Below are positions 30,936 through 38,909 of a stretch of DNA of 64,000 nucleotides, in pieces. The DNA lies in sequence record NC_007023.1; one strand, given 5' to 3'. This DNA comes from Escherichia phage RB43. The number at the start of each line of letters is the position of its first letter. The stretch's first letter is position 1. Position numbers and translations under genes: made by a program. Under the pieces are notes generated by a model. That model did not search any database. It saw only the letters and a list, made by a program, of their open reading frames with translations, and had not been told where the DNA came from.

Positions 30936-31258
30936 AACTATTTCATGTAGTGTATAGCGGTATGGTTAATGTTGATGTTCCCTTGCTTTCCGTCGAAACG
31001 ATTGATACACTCGAAGGGAAGATCGGAAAACGTTTTAAAACTACCGTATCCGAAATCAGTACGGTGTTTGTTGACCATCCGTCAGATCTGGAAAATTTAA
31101 TCAACACTCTCGATGATTTACAAATCCCGTTTGCGGAAATTTTTCATCATCAATCGGGGCTGTATCTGATTGTGACATTTGTTCTAAAAAATGTTGACAG
31201 CAGAAATCCAGAAGTGCTAGATTTTATCCGTAACATTGATTCAAACAAAGGAAAGTGA
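30932..31258 (+). CDS. hypothetical protein
   Basis: 108 aa from ATG overlapping previous stop (ATGA); ORF track gives longer TTG-initiated version from 30866. Confidence 0.5.
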   Translation: MKLFHVVYSGMVNVDVPLLSVETIDTLEGKIGKRFKTTVSEISTVFVDHPSDLENLINTLDDLQIPFAEIFHHQSGLYLIVTFVLKNVDSRNPEVLDFIRNIDSNKGK

Positions 31259-31260
31259 TT

Positions 31261-31599
31261 ATGAAAATCGTTCAGCGTAATATCAGCGAAGTTAGCCAGG
31301 AAGAAAAAGTTCAGATCCATTTCAAATTCAATGATCTGAAACGTGGTTATGCAGAAATTGCCCGTGTTCATAAGTTGGACAATGGCGACATTTATATGAT
31401 TGTCCAAGAAATTGAACGAATCCGCGCTTTCCGTGCCGAAAACCCGAAAGTAAAACGTGTTCTTCGTCGTGTGTATGTGAATAAACATCGTAAGGCTGCG
31501 AAACCAGTTAAACCAAAACGCGAACCGCGTCCAGACAACAAACGCAAAGCAATTAACGGTGCTATGGCGCTGGCTTTCCAGGAAGCAGGTTTAGTGTAA
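31261..31599 (+). CDS. hypothetical protein with basic C-terminus
   Basis: ATG 31261 with RBS AAGGAAAG; Lys/Arg-rich tail (KHRKAAKPVKPKREPRPDNKRK). Confidence 0.5.
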   Translation: MKIVQRNISEVSQEEKVQIHFKFNDLKRGYAEIARVHKLDNGDIYMIVQEIERIRAFRAENPKVKRVLRRVYVNKHRKAAKPVKPKREPRPDNKRKAINGAMALAFQEAGLV

Positions 31600-31608
31600 G
31601 GGGTTAAC

Positions 31609-32136
31609 ATGAGTCGTAGAAATATGGAACGCTGGAATACTATTGTAACCAGCAGTATCAAACCAGTTGCGCCAGCGTTCAAGGAAGTTGTAGAAGAAAC
31701 TCCAGTTAAAACACAGACTGTTGTATCTTTGTGTGAAGAAGATTTAGAGCACCGTCGCCGTGCGAATCAAATTGAATTCGATCTGCGTATTGCCCGTTCA
31801 TACAACAGTAAAAACGATGATGCGCGTAGCCGTAACCTGCAATTTGCTCTTACGTTGAGCGATTGGACTGTGTTAATGAGTCAAACTACTTGTGCGTATT
31901 CCGGTAAGGTGTTTAGCACTCGCGGAGACAGCCCGAACTCTCGAACGATGGAACGTATTAACCCGATGTTGGGTTATACCCCAGAAAACACGATCGCAGT
32001 GACAAAAGCCGCTAACAGTGAAAAATCATCACTTGATGCGTTCATGAAGGGTTCTGTAATCCTTCCTGAAGTAAAACTGAAATTGTTACGCAAAGCCGCG
32101 TACCAAATTGAAAAACAATTGAAAATTAAAGGTTAA
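31609..32136 (+). CDS. hypothetical protein (possible degenerate HNH / His-Me-finger-like motif)
   Basis: 175 aa; ...CAYSGKVF...MERINPMLGYTPENTIAVTKAANSEK loosely resembles HNH core; weak. Confidence 0.45.
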   Translation: MSRRNMERWNTIVTSSIKPVAPAFKEVVEETPVKTQTVVSLCEEDLEHRRRANQIEFDLRIARSYNSKNDDARSRNLQFALTLSDWTVLMSQTTCAYSGKVFSTRGDSPNSRTMERINPMLGYTPENTIAVTKAANSEKSSLDAFMKGSVILPEVKLKLLRKAAYQIEKQLKIKG

Positions 32137-32140
32137 TATT

Positions 32141-33184
32141 ATGTTTGTGAAATATTCTTCTCTTACGAACCATTATGAAGGTAAATTCATCAATGGTGTG
32201 ATCATGAATGGTTTGACGGGCGGTGTGTGGGTTGCTCGTGAAAAGATCCACGGTGCTAACTTTAGTCTGATTACTTCTGACGGCGAAAGGGTTATTCCGG
32301 CAAAGCGTAGCGGTGAAATCCTTCCTACTGAACAGTTTTACGGTTGCGAACCTGTTGTTGCCCGATATGCCCCAGCAATCCGCAAACTGTGGGATGTCAT
32401 CAATACCGCACAACAGGTTAGCGGGATTTACGTTGATTCTCTGGTAATTCAGGTGTATGGTGAATTTGCGGGGCGCGGTGTTCAGAAAGATGTTGATTAC
32501 GGTGAAAAAGATTTCTACGTGTTCGATATCCGCGTAAATGGTAAATTCCTGCATGATAACATCGTTGCGGTGTATGCAAAAACTGTTGGCTTGAAAATGG
32601 CCCCGCTGTTAGCATACGGTACTTTTGACGAGATCCGAGCACTTCCGATCACGTTTGATTCAGTGGTTAACCTGGCGAACTCCGGCGCGATTCCTGCACA
32701 TAACGGGGTTGAACCTGAATTCAAAAACTTCATGACGCTGAAAGATGGTGAAGGTGAGAACATCGCAGAAGGTTTTGTTATGAAGCCCGTACACCCTGCT
32801 TTCATGCCGAACGGTGAACGTGTTGCAATTAAATGCAAAACGACGAAGTTTAGCGAGAAGAAAAACAAACAAGCGAACCGCTTCAATGCTCCGGCTGAAC
32901 TGTCGGAAAATGATAAAGTTAAACTGGATGTGTTCACCTGCTACCTGACAGAAAACCGCGTTAAAAACGTCCTGTCTAAAATTGACAGCACGAACCTTAC
33001 CGCGAAAGACTTCGGTCGCGTCATGGGGCTGACTGTACAGGATGCTCTTGAAGAAATCGAACGCAACTACGGACCGTTTATCGAACAGTTTGAAAACCCG
33101 ACGCTGGCGAAGAAAACTTTCACCAACGAAGCCTCAAGCCTGATTCGTACAAACTGGGGCGCAATCCTGAACAATGAATTTTAA
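32141..33184 (+). CDS. rnlB: RNA ligase 2 (RnlB)
   Basis: 347 aa; N-terminus ...KYSSL.NHY..KFI......GLTGG.WVAREKIHG.NFSLI (nucleotidyltransferase Lys motif) and ...KPVHPAFMPNGERVAIKCK..KFSEKK... match T4 Rnl2. Confidence 0.9.
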   Translation: MFVKYSSLTNHYEGKFINGVIMNGLTGGVWVAREKIHGANFSLITSDGERVIPAKRSGEILPTEQFYGCEPVVARYAPAIRKLWDVINTAQQVSGIYVDSLVIQVYGEFAGRGVQKDVDYGEKDFYVFDIRVNGKFLHDNIVAVYAKTVGLKMAPLLAYGTFDEIRALPITFDSVVNLANSGAIPAHNGVEPEFKNFMTLKDGEGENIAEGFVMKPVHPAFMPNGERVAIKCKTTKFSEKKNKQANRFNAPAELSENDKVKLDVFTCYLTENRVKNVLSKIDSTNLTAKDFGRVMGLTVQDALEEIERNYGPFIEQFENPTLAKKTFTNEASSLIRTNWGAILNNEF

Positions 33185-33322
33185 AACTGTTCTCGAAAAC
33201 GCAAAAACGGCTACCCTGATCGGTAGCCGTGAACCCCCCGAACGTATAGCAAACATCGCTATCAAGATCGGACGGCATTAAGTGATCGAGACATTTTAGC
33301 TTATTCTGGTGGTGCTCCTGGA

Positions 33323-33757
33323 ATGGATAGCCATTTCTTGTTTGACTACGCACCAGAAAGACGGCGCATAATTCTCCCTGAAAACGGTTTTAACGGGCTT
33401 TACTCGAATGGTATGGATATCATCGACTATAACGAGTTAGACACGTACAAAGCCGCTGACGAAGCGAGAAAGGTAGCTGGGAACTTCGATTACCAAAATG
33501 AATGGACACAAAGGCGTTATGCGAGAAATGCAGTTCAGATATTGCGCGAAAATTTAGACAGCCCGACTGACTTCGTGTTATTTTGGGCTATCGAAAAGGA
33601 TTTTTGTGTCAAGGGCGGTACGGCTATCGCAACACGCCTTGCACGATTATACGGTGTTCCCAGTTTCAACCTGTGGAAAGAAAACGTATTGAATGATGTT
33701 TGTGATACTTTGGGGATTAATATCAAACCTCCAACTTTGGATTTTCTCTGGTGCTAA
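33323..33757 (+). CDS. SLOG/DprA-like Rossmann-fold protein, 3' portion (conserved 5' part lies in another frame from ATG 33174)
   Basis: ORF from ATG 33323; same frame is open from 33233 (..LAYSGGAPGMDSH); ATG 33174 ORF (MNFKTVLENAKTATLIGSREPP...) ends 33281; together resemble GSR...SGGAxGxD pattern; assignment tentative. Confidence 0.4.
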   Translation: MDSHFLFDYAPERRRIILPENGFNGLYSNGMDIIDYNELDTYKAADEARKVAGNFDYQNEWTQRRYARNAVQILRENLDSPTDFVLFWAIEKDFCVKGGTAIATRLARLYGVPSFNLWKENVLNDVCDTLGINIKPPTLDFLWC

Positions 33758-33823
33758 CTCCCGAACAATCACGTAATTACGAACGCCTCTCAGTTGAAGA
33801 GGCACTTAAAAAGGTTAAGAACA

Positions 33824-34027
33824 ATGGTAGAGATCAACGGAATCGGGGTGAACCCGAACGCATTAATTTCAAAGAACGATCCTCGTTGCGGTCGTAGTCC
33901 TACGCTGGCAGAACGTGCGCGTAAGCTGGTAGAGGAAACAAACGGCAAGATGTTTGAAACATGCCGTGAAGAAATCACCCGCAACATTCTAAGTTTTCCA
34001 ACAAAACAATCATACACGTTGATATGA
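33824..34027 (+). CDS. hypothetical protein
   Basis: 67 aa from ATG 33824 (ORF track has upstream alternative start 33794). Confidence 0.4.
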   Translation: MVEINGIGVNPNALISKNDPRCGRSPTLAERARKLVEETNGKMFETCREEITRNILSFPTKQSYTLI

Positions 34028-34245
34028 AACGTTTTGTTGGTACGACGATGGGGCAAGAATGCACCAAACGTGCGTTTGATATGATCGGGGAATGGCTGAC
34101 CGAAGAAGGTTTAACCTATGAAACCCAAGCGGTAAGAACGTCTGCCGCAATACAATATGCAATGAGTAACCGCCGTATTTCAGGAAACGCCCCTGTAACT
34201 GAAAGAACTGGGTATAGCGAATACACGTATTTCATCACCTGGTAA
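34024..34245 (+). CDS. hypothetical protein
   Basis: 73 aa ORF with ATGA overlap to upstream ORF. Confidence 0.45.
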   Translation: MKRFVGTTMGQECTKRAFDMIGEWLTEEGLTYETQAVRTSAAIQYAMSNRRISGNAPVTERTGYSEYTYFITW

Positions 34246-34264
34246 AAAAGTTTGAAATAGTTGT

Positions 34265-34291
34265 TGACGGGAGTTCTGATTATGATAAGAT
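34265..34291 (+). promoter_or_regulatory. putative sigma70-type early promoter
   Basis: TTGACG, 15-nt spacer, TAAGAT; same TTCTGAT..TAAGAT architecture recurs at 45641-45668. Confidence 0.35.
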
Positions 34292-34332
34292 AGCTCCCGT
34301 AGACAAGACAACTAACCCAGAAGGAAAACATC

Positions 34333-34590
34333 ATGGAAATCAAATTAATCCCTACTTGCGCTGGTTACTGCTTGGCACTGAACGGTGTAGCAAACAACGG
34401 CAAAGGCTTACGGGCTAACGTTGAAGCAATGCTGAATGAACTGGCGTTGCGGAGTGAACCTGGGATGCAGTATGAGTATGATGACGTTGCAACCAGCGTT
34501 AAAATCTCTAATCTGGTGATGAATGGTGTTGACTGTGCGGGTGGTGGGATTGCTACATCGACTATGCAGACAATCGGGTTTTCTTACTGA
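34333..34590 (+). CDS. hypothetical protein
   Basis: 85 aa ORF with RBS AAGGAAAAC. Confidence 0.5.
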   Translation: MEIKLIPTCAGYCLALNGVANNGKGLRANVEAMLNELALRSEPGMQYEYDDVATSVKISNLVMNGVDCAGGGIATSTMQTIGFSY

Positions 34591-34619
34591 CCAGCAACTA
34601 AGGAATGTTATGAAAGATT

Positions 34620-35020
34620 ATATTTCAGAAGCAGAAGCGCTTGAAGAAAGCGGTTTTCAAGTCACCATTGACGATGAAGAAGATGGTGGCTATGATGGCG
34701 GTGTTATGTGGGGGCTTAAACGTCCACAACGTAAAACCCCTGTTCAATATTCTGATGGTTCAGTAAGATACGAAACGGTTGTTAAAGAAGTAAACGGGCG
34801 CGTCATTACGTCCGAACGGCAGAAGGACATTAAACAATTGTATGATGTCGCAAAAGCCGCTAAAGTAGGAACCGAGATTGTTTGTCCGGTGTGCAAAGAG
34901 AAACACAAGAAGACGACCTATCATAAGGTGTTCTGCTCTAATGGCAAAAAATCCAGGAAAGACTGCAAGAGTAAATACTGGAACACGATTCATCCTGAAC
35001 GTTTGGATCGTATCTTTTAA
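34620..35020 (+). CDS. hypothetical protein with CxxC motif
   Basis: 133 aa from ATG 34620 (RBS AAGGAA); CPVCKEK...C; ORF track has longer GTG/TTG version from 34523. Confidence 0.5.
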
Positions 35021-35042
35021 TCAAAACGTGGAGTACGTTTAA

Positions 35043-36473
35043 ATGCAAACTTTTAATGAACTGAATAGCATCATCACCTCAACCGATTCCTACAAAGTGT
35101 CTCACTGGATGCAGTATCCGCAAGGCACTGATGCAGCGATGTTCTATATCGAATCTCGCGGTGGTAAATTTGATGAAGTAGTAACCGCTGGCGTTAACTA
35201 CGTTGCGCGGGTTCTCGCTGAACCAATTACCATGAAGCAGGTTGAGTTAGCGCGGGTACTTTACCGTAAACACTTCGGAAAAGAGATCTTTAACTACGAA
35301 GGGTGGAAAAAGATTGCTGAACTGGGTTACACCCCTGTAATTTTCCGTGCGATCCCAGAAGGTACGGTGTTCCGGGAAAAATGCCGTGCGACTGTGTACG
35401 CCGAAAACGAATTCTCGTGGCTGGCTGGGTGGCTGGAGACAATGACGATTCGCGGTATTTGGTATCCGTCATCTGTAGCAACGCTATCGCGTGAGTGTAA
35501 AAAGGTTCTGGCACACTACCTGGATATGACTTCTGACCTTACTGGCGAAGCATATAACATCACACTGGGTACACGTCTGCATGATTTTGGGGCGCGGGGC
35601 GCGACCTCTGCTGAATCTGCTGGCATTGGTGGGCTGGCACACCTTTATAACTTCATCGGCACTGATACCGTAGAAGGGATGATTATGGCAATCAGCCTCT
35701 TTGCGGATTATCAAACACTGTTTGATGAAGTTGAAAACGTAGAAGTAGCTGGGGTTTCCATCCCTGCTCGTGAGCATTCAACTACGATTTCCTACGGTAA
35801 AGAAAACGAAGACGAAGCATATAAAAACAGCATTGAAATGTTCGGTGATGGGTTCTACGCTTGCGTATACGATTCATGGGACTACAAAGCCGCTGTTGAC
35901 CGGATCGATAGTTATAAAGAGAAAATCATTGCATCTGGCGGTGTGTTGGTAGTGCGTCCAGACTCAGGGGATATGATAGACAACATCATGTACACCTTGC
36001 GCAAACTGGGGCAAATCTTCGGATATACTGTCAACTCCAAAGGGTACAAAGTTCTTCATAACTCTGTTCGTATCATCCAGGGTGACGAGATCCACGGGCC
36101 TGAAACAATCAACCGTGTATTAAGCTGGATGGAAGCGAACAAATGGTCGAGCGAAAACATTGCGTTCGGTATGGGTGGCGGTTTGCTGCAAGAAGTTACC
36201 CGCGATACCCAGAAATATGCTGAAAAACTTTGCGCTATCCGTATCAACGGTGTGTGGAAAGGCGTTTACAAATGCCCGAAAGGTTCGGAATGGAAAAAGA
36301 GCAAGAAAGGTTTATTGATGACCATCACTAACGGGATGGAATTCAAGACAATCGATTCTCTCGAAGAATCTATTCCTGCTGGGTGGTTTGATGCGATGGT
36401 AACTTATTATGACAATGGTTATCTGAACAAAACTGACACTTTAGGGGAAATTCGTGAGCGTAGCCGGATTTAA
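35043..36473 (+). CDS. nadV: nicotinamide phosphoribosyltransferase (NadV/NAMPT family)
   Basis: 476 aa; N-terminal ...TDSYKVSHW...YPQGT..., GTRLHDFGARGATS, IRPDSGD, RIIQGDEI, FGMGGGLLQ motifs typical of NAMPT/NAPRTase family. Confidence 0.8.
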   Translation: MQTFNELNSIITSTDSYKVSHWMQYPQGTDAAMFYIESRGGKFDEVVTAGVNYVARVLAEPITMKQVELARVLYRKHFGKEIFNYEGWKKIAELGYTPVIFRAIPEGTVFREKCRATVYAENEFSWLAGWLETMTIRGIWYPSSVATLSRECKKVLAHYLDMTSDLTGEAYNITLGTRLHDFGARGATSAESAGIGGLAHLYNFIGTDTVEGMIMAISLFADYQTLFDEVENVEVAGVSIPAREHSTTISYGKENEDEAYKNSIEMFGDGFYACVYDSWDYKAAVDRIDSYKEKIIASGGVLVVRPDSGDMIDNIMYTLRKLGQIFGYTVNSKGYKVLHNSVRIIQGDEIHGPETINRVLSWMEANKWSSENIAFGMGGGLLQEVTRDTQKYAEKLCAIRINGVWKGVYKCPKGSEWKKSKKGLLMTITNGMEFKTIDSLEESIPAGWFDAMVTYYDNGYLNKTDTLGEIRERSRI

Positions 36474-36762
36474 TATCCGCGCCAACGATAACGGATCTGT
36501 AATCTTCTATAACAATCAGCCCCTTGTTGCTCGCAAGGGGCTTTTTTGTAAGTTAGTTGGGTATGGGTTCAAGTTGGAACAGGTGGATAATGCAACACTA
36601 AAAGAGATCGTGCGCATAGCCTATCTCCTGAAAGATAAGAAAGATGAACATAAGGCGGTTGCAATGCTGGAGAAATTGGGAGAAAATCATTGCTTCATCA
36701 TAAATCGTGGATACAAATACGATACAATCGCTTTATTTGAAAAAGGGCTTAGTGAACTATGA
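36454..36762 (+). CDS. hypothetical protein (GTG start)
   Basis: 102-aa ORF; SD AGGGGA 5 nt upstream of GTG; overlaps 3' end of nadV. Confidence 0.4.
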   Translation: MSVAGFNIRANDNGSVIFYNNQPLVARKGLFCKLVGYGFKLEQVDNATLKEIVRIAYLLKDKKDEHKAVAMLEKLGENHCFIINRGYKYDTIALFEKGLSEL

Positions 36763-37610
36763 ATTATTTGGGTGTGATACCTTACACGGGCAACAAACAG
36801 GATCTATTGCATAAGTTGTTTGAACTGTTTCCCGACCACCGACACTATCGTAGATTTGTCGATTGCTTCTGTGGTGGATTGAGCGTGTCGTTAAACGTTC
36901 CCAAACCAGTTCTAAGCAACGATTTCGATAAGACACTGATTGATGTATATAAGGTTCTTAAACGCGCTCCTGATCTCTCAGAGGTGCGAGAATTGATTGC
37001 TAAGAAGGGACTGAACAAAGAAAACAAAGATGCGTACCTGGCTTTTCGTGAAGAATACAACCAGCATCGCGATCCGCTGTGGCTGTACGTTCTGATCCTT
37101 CATTCATTCAGCAATGTCAACCGCACCAATGAGAAGGGAGAGTTTAACGCGCATTTTGGATACCGGACGATAAACGCATCAACGGTTAAGCGCTTTGAAC
37201 ACTTCAAGGCAAACGTAGCCGGAATTGAATTCACTTCTGGTTCTTACTCTGATATTGAAATCAGGGACACCGATTTTGTATACTGCGATCCTCCGTACCT
37301 GATTACGGATGCGGTGTATAATAAATTCTGGAATGCTGATCGCGAACGCGAGTTATACGCATTTCTTGACTCGCTTAACGAGCGGGGCATTTGGTTTGGA
37401 TTGTCCAACGTGACACACCATGCCGGAAAACAAAACGATATCCTGATTGAATGGATGAAGAAATACACCGTTCACAACCTGGATAAAAAGTATCTGTTAG
37501 GCCAGCATACAGAATCCTATGAGCAAAACAAAACTCAGGAGGTGTACGTGTGCAACTATCAGAAACGTGATGTAAATACATTCCCCTTAACACTCGATGA
37601 TTTAATGTAG
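36759..37610 (+). CDS. dam: DNA adenine methyltransferase (Dam)
   Basis: 283 aa; ...YTGNKQ.LL..L...FP....F.D.FCGGLSVSLNV..PVL.ND... and DPPY motif match T4 Dam. Confidence 0.9.
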   Translation: MNYLGVIPYTGNKQDLLHKLFELFPDHRHYRRFVDCFCGGLSVSLNVPKPVLSNDFDKTLIDVYKVLKRAPDLSEVRELIAKKGLNKENKDAYLAFREEYNQHRDPLWLYVLILHSFSNVNRTNEKGEFNAHFGYRTINASTVKRFEHFKANVAGIEFTSGSYSDIEIRDTDFVYCDPPYLITDAVYNKFWNADRERELYAFLDSLNERGIWFGLSNVTHHAGKQNDILIEWMKKYTVHNLDKKYLLGQHTESYEQNKTQEVYVCNYQKRDVNTFPLTLDDLM

Positions 37611-37616
37611 GTTAAC

Positions 37617-37889
37617 ATGTTTAAAATTTATGGTTATATTCCATCCGTTTATAATTGCGCTCCATGCCTGAACTGTAAGCGACTGCTGGACGCGAAAAAA
37701 CATGAATATGAATTCGTATCCGTTGCCGATTCCAAAGGCGAAGACGGGAAGCCGATCCTGAATGAATCGGTGATTGACGAACTCGAAGGACTGTTAGGAA
37801 CACGCCGGATGACCATGCCTCAGATTTTCCATGACGGGAAACACATTGGCGGGTTTGACCAACTTCGGGATTACGTTCGCACCCTGTGA
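37617..37889 (+). CDS. nrdC: thioredoxin/glutaredoxin NrdC-like
   Basis: 90 aa; MFKIYGY...C..C..AKRLL..KK..YEF...TMPQIF..G.HIGGFDQLR.Y matches T4 NrdC. Confidence 0.8.
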   Translation: MFKIYGYIPSVYNCAPCLNCKRLLDAKKHEYEFVSVADSKGEDGKPILNESVIDELEGLLGTRRMTMPQIFHDGKHIGGFDQLRDYVRTL

Positions 37890-37923
37890 TAAATAATGAC
37901 ACCTTACTTTGAATGGTGTTATT

Positions 37924-38406
37924 ATGCTGACGAAACGAATTACCAAAAAAGATTACCCCTCAATCAAGCAAGCTCTCTTTGACAAACAAGGGGGCTGCTG
38001 TGCTTTATGCAAGCGTCCTTTAGAGGGAGACATTGAAAAACATCACCTCGATCATGACCATGCTTTAGACGGCGAAAACGCCGGACGTGTGCGCGGCCTA
38101 CTGTGTAACCTATGCAACGGTACAGAAGGTATTGTAAAGCACAAATTTAACCGATCCGGTCTTGTGTCTCGTGATGTTGATTATATTGTCTGGTTGGAAA
38201 ACCTGCTTGCATATCTGAAACAAGATTATTCCGAAAACCGTATTCATGACAAATTCATACCAGATAAGGTAAAATGGTTTTCAAGACTTACCAAACCTGA
38301 TATGATTGCCGAAATGGTTTCTATGGGCTTCGAGTACGCCGAAAAAGACGAACGCAAAGCCTTAACCGCAAAATATAGAAAGCAATTAATGAAGGCAACG
38401 AAATGA
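37924..38406 (+). CDS. 49: endonuclease VII (gp49), Holliday-junction resolvase
   Basis: ...GGCCALCKRPL......HLDHDHAL.G..AG.VRGLLCNLCN..EG..KHKFNRSGL...VDY..WLENLL.YLK.DY..N.IH..F...K..FSRL matches T4 gp49; ORF track start 37909 is an alternative. Confidence 0.85.
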   Translation: MLTKRITKKDYPSIKQALFDKQGGCCALCKRPLEGDIEKHHLDHDHALDGENAGRVRGLLCNLCNGTEGIVKHKFNRSGLVSRDVDYIVWLENLLAYLKQDYSENRIHDKFIPDKVKWFSRLTKPDMIAEMVSMGFEYAEKDERKALTAKYRKQLMKATK

Positions 38407-38909
38407 ATGAAAAATATACGGAACTTGATGAACTTCTCAAGTGCGTAAGTGTAGACATTTGTAGCGGTGTTGTTACGTGGACTAAGCCAACAAACCGAAA
38501 AATTTGTATAGGCCAATCTGCTGGTGTTGTTGATAAAAACGGGTATACTGTTATCGGGTTCAAAGGGAAGAAATTCTTCCGACACCACGTTATATGGTAT
38601 GCGATTCATGGTACACTACCAGAAAAACCGTATGTTATTGATCATGTTCACGGAGTTGAACGTGGCGATGGGGTTTCGAACCTACAAAAGATTACACAAC
38701 AACAAAACATCATGAAGAAAAAGGTTCAGAGAAATAATAAATCTGGACATAAAGGCGTACATTGGTGCAACACATACAACAAATGGGTTGCAAAAATAAA
38801 GTTCAATGGAAAATCAATTTATATCGGAGAGTATGACGATTTGAATGATGCTATCAACGCAAGAATTCGCAAATCTCAAGAACTCTTTGGTGAGTTTGGA
38901 GAAATATAA
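38403..38909 (+). CDS. free-standing HNH homing endonuclease with AP2-type DNA-binding domain
   Basis: HHVIWYAIHGTLPEKPYVIDHVHGVERGDGVSNL (HNH) then GHKGVHWCNTYNKWVAKIKFNGKSIYIGEYDDLNDAINAR (AP2-like); inserted between gene 49 and nrdD. Confidence 0.75.
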   Translation: MNEKYTELDELLKCVSVDICSGVVTWTKPTNRKICIGQSAGVVDKNGYTVIGFKGKKFFRHHVIWYAIHGTLPEKPYVIDHVHGVERGDGVSNLQKITQQQNIMKKKVQRNNKSGHKGVHWCNTYNKWVAKIKFNGKSIYIGEYDDLNDAINARIRKSQELFGEFGEI

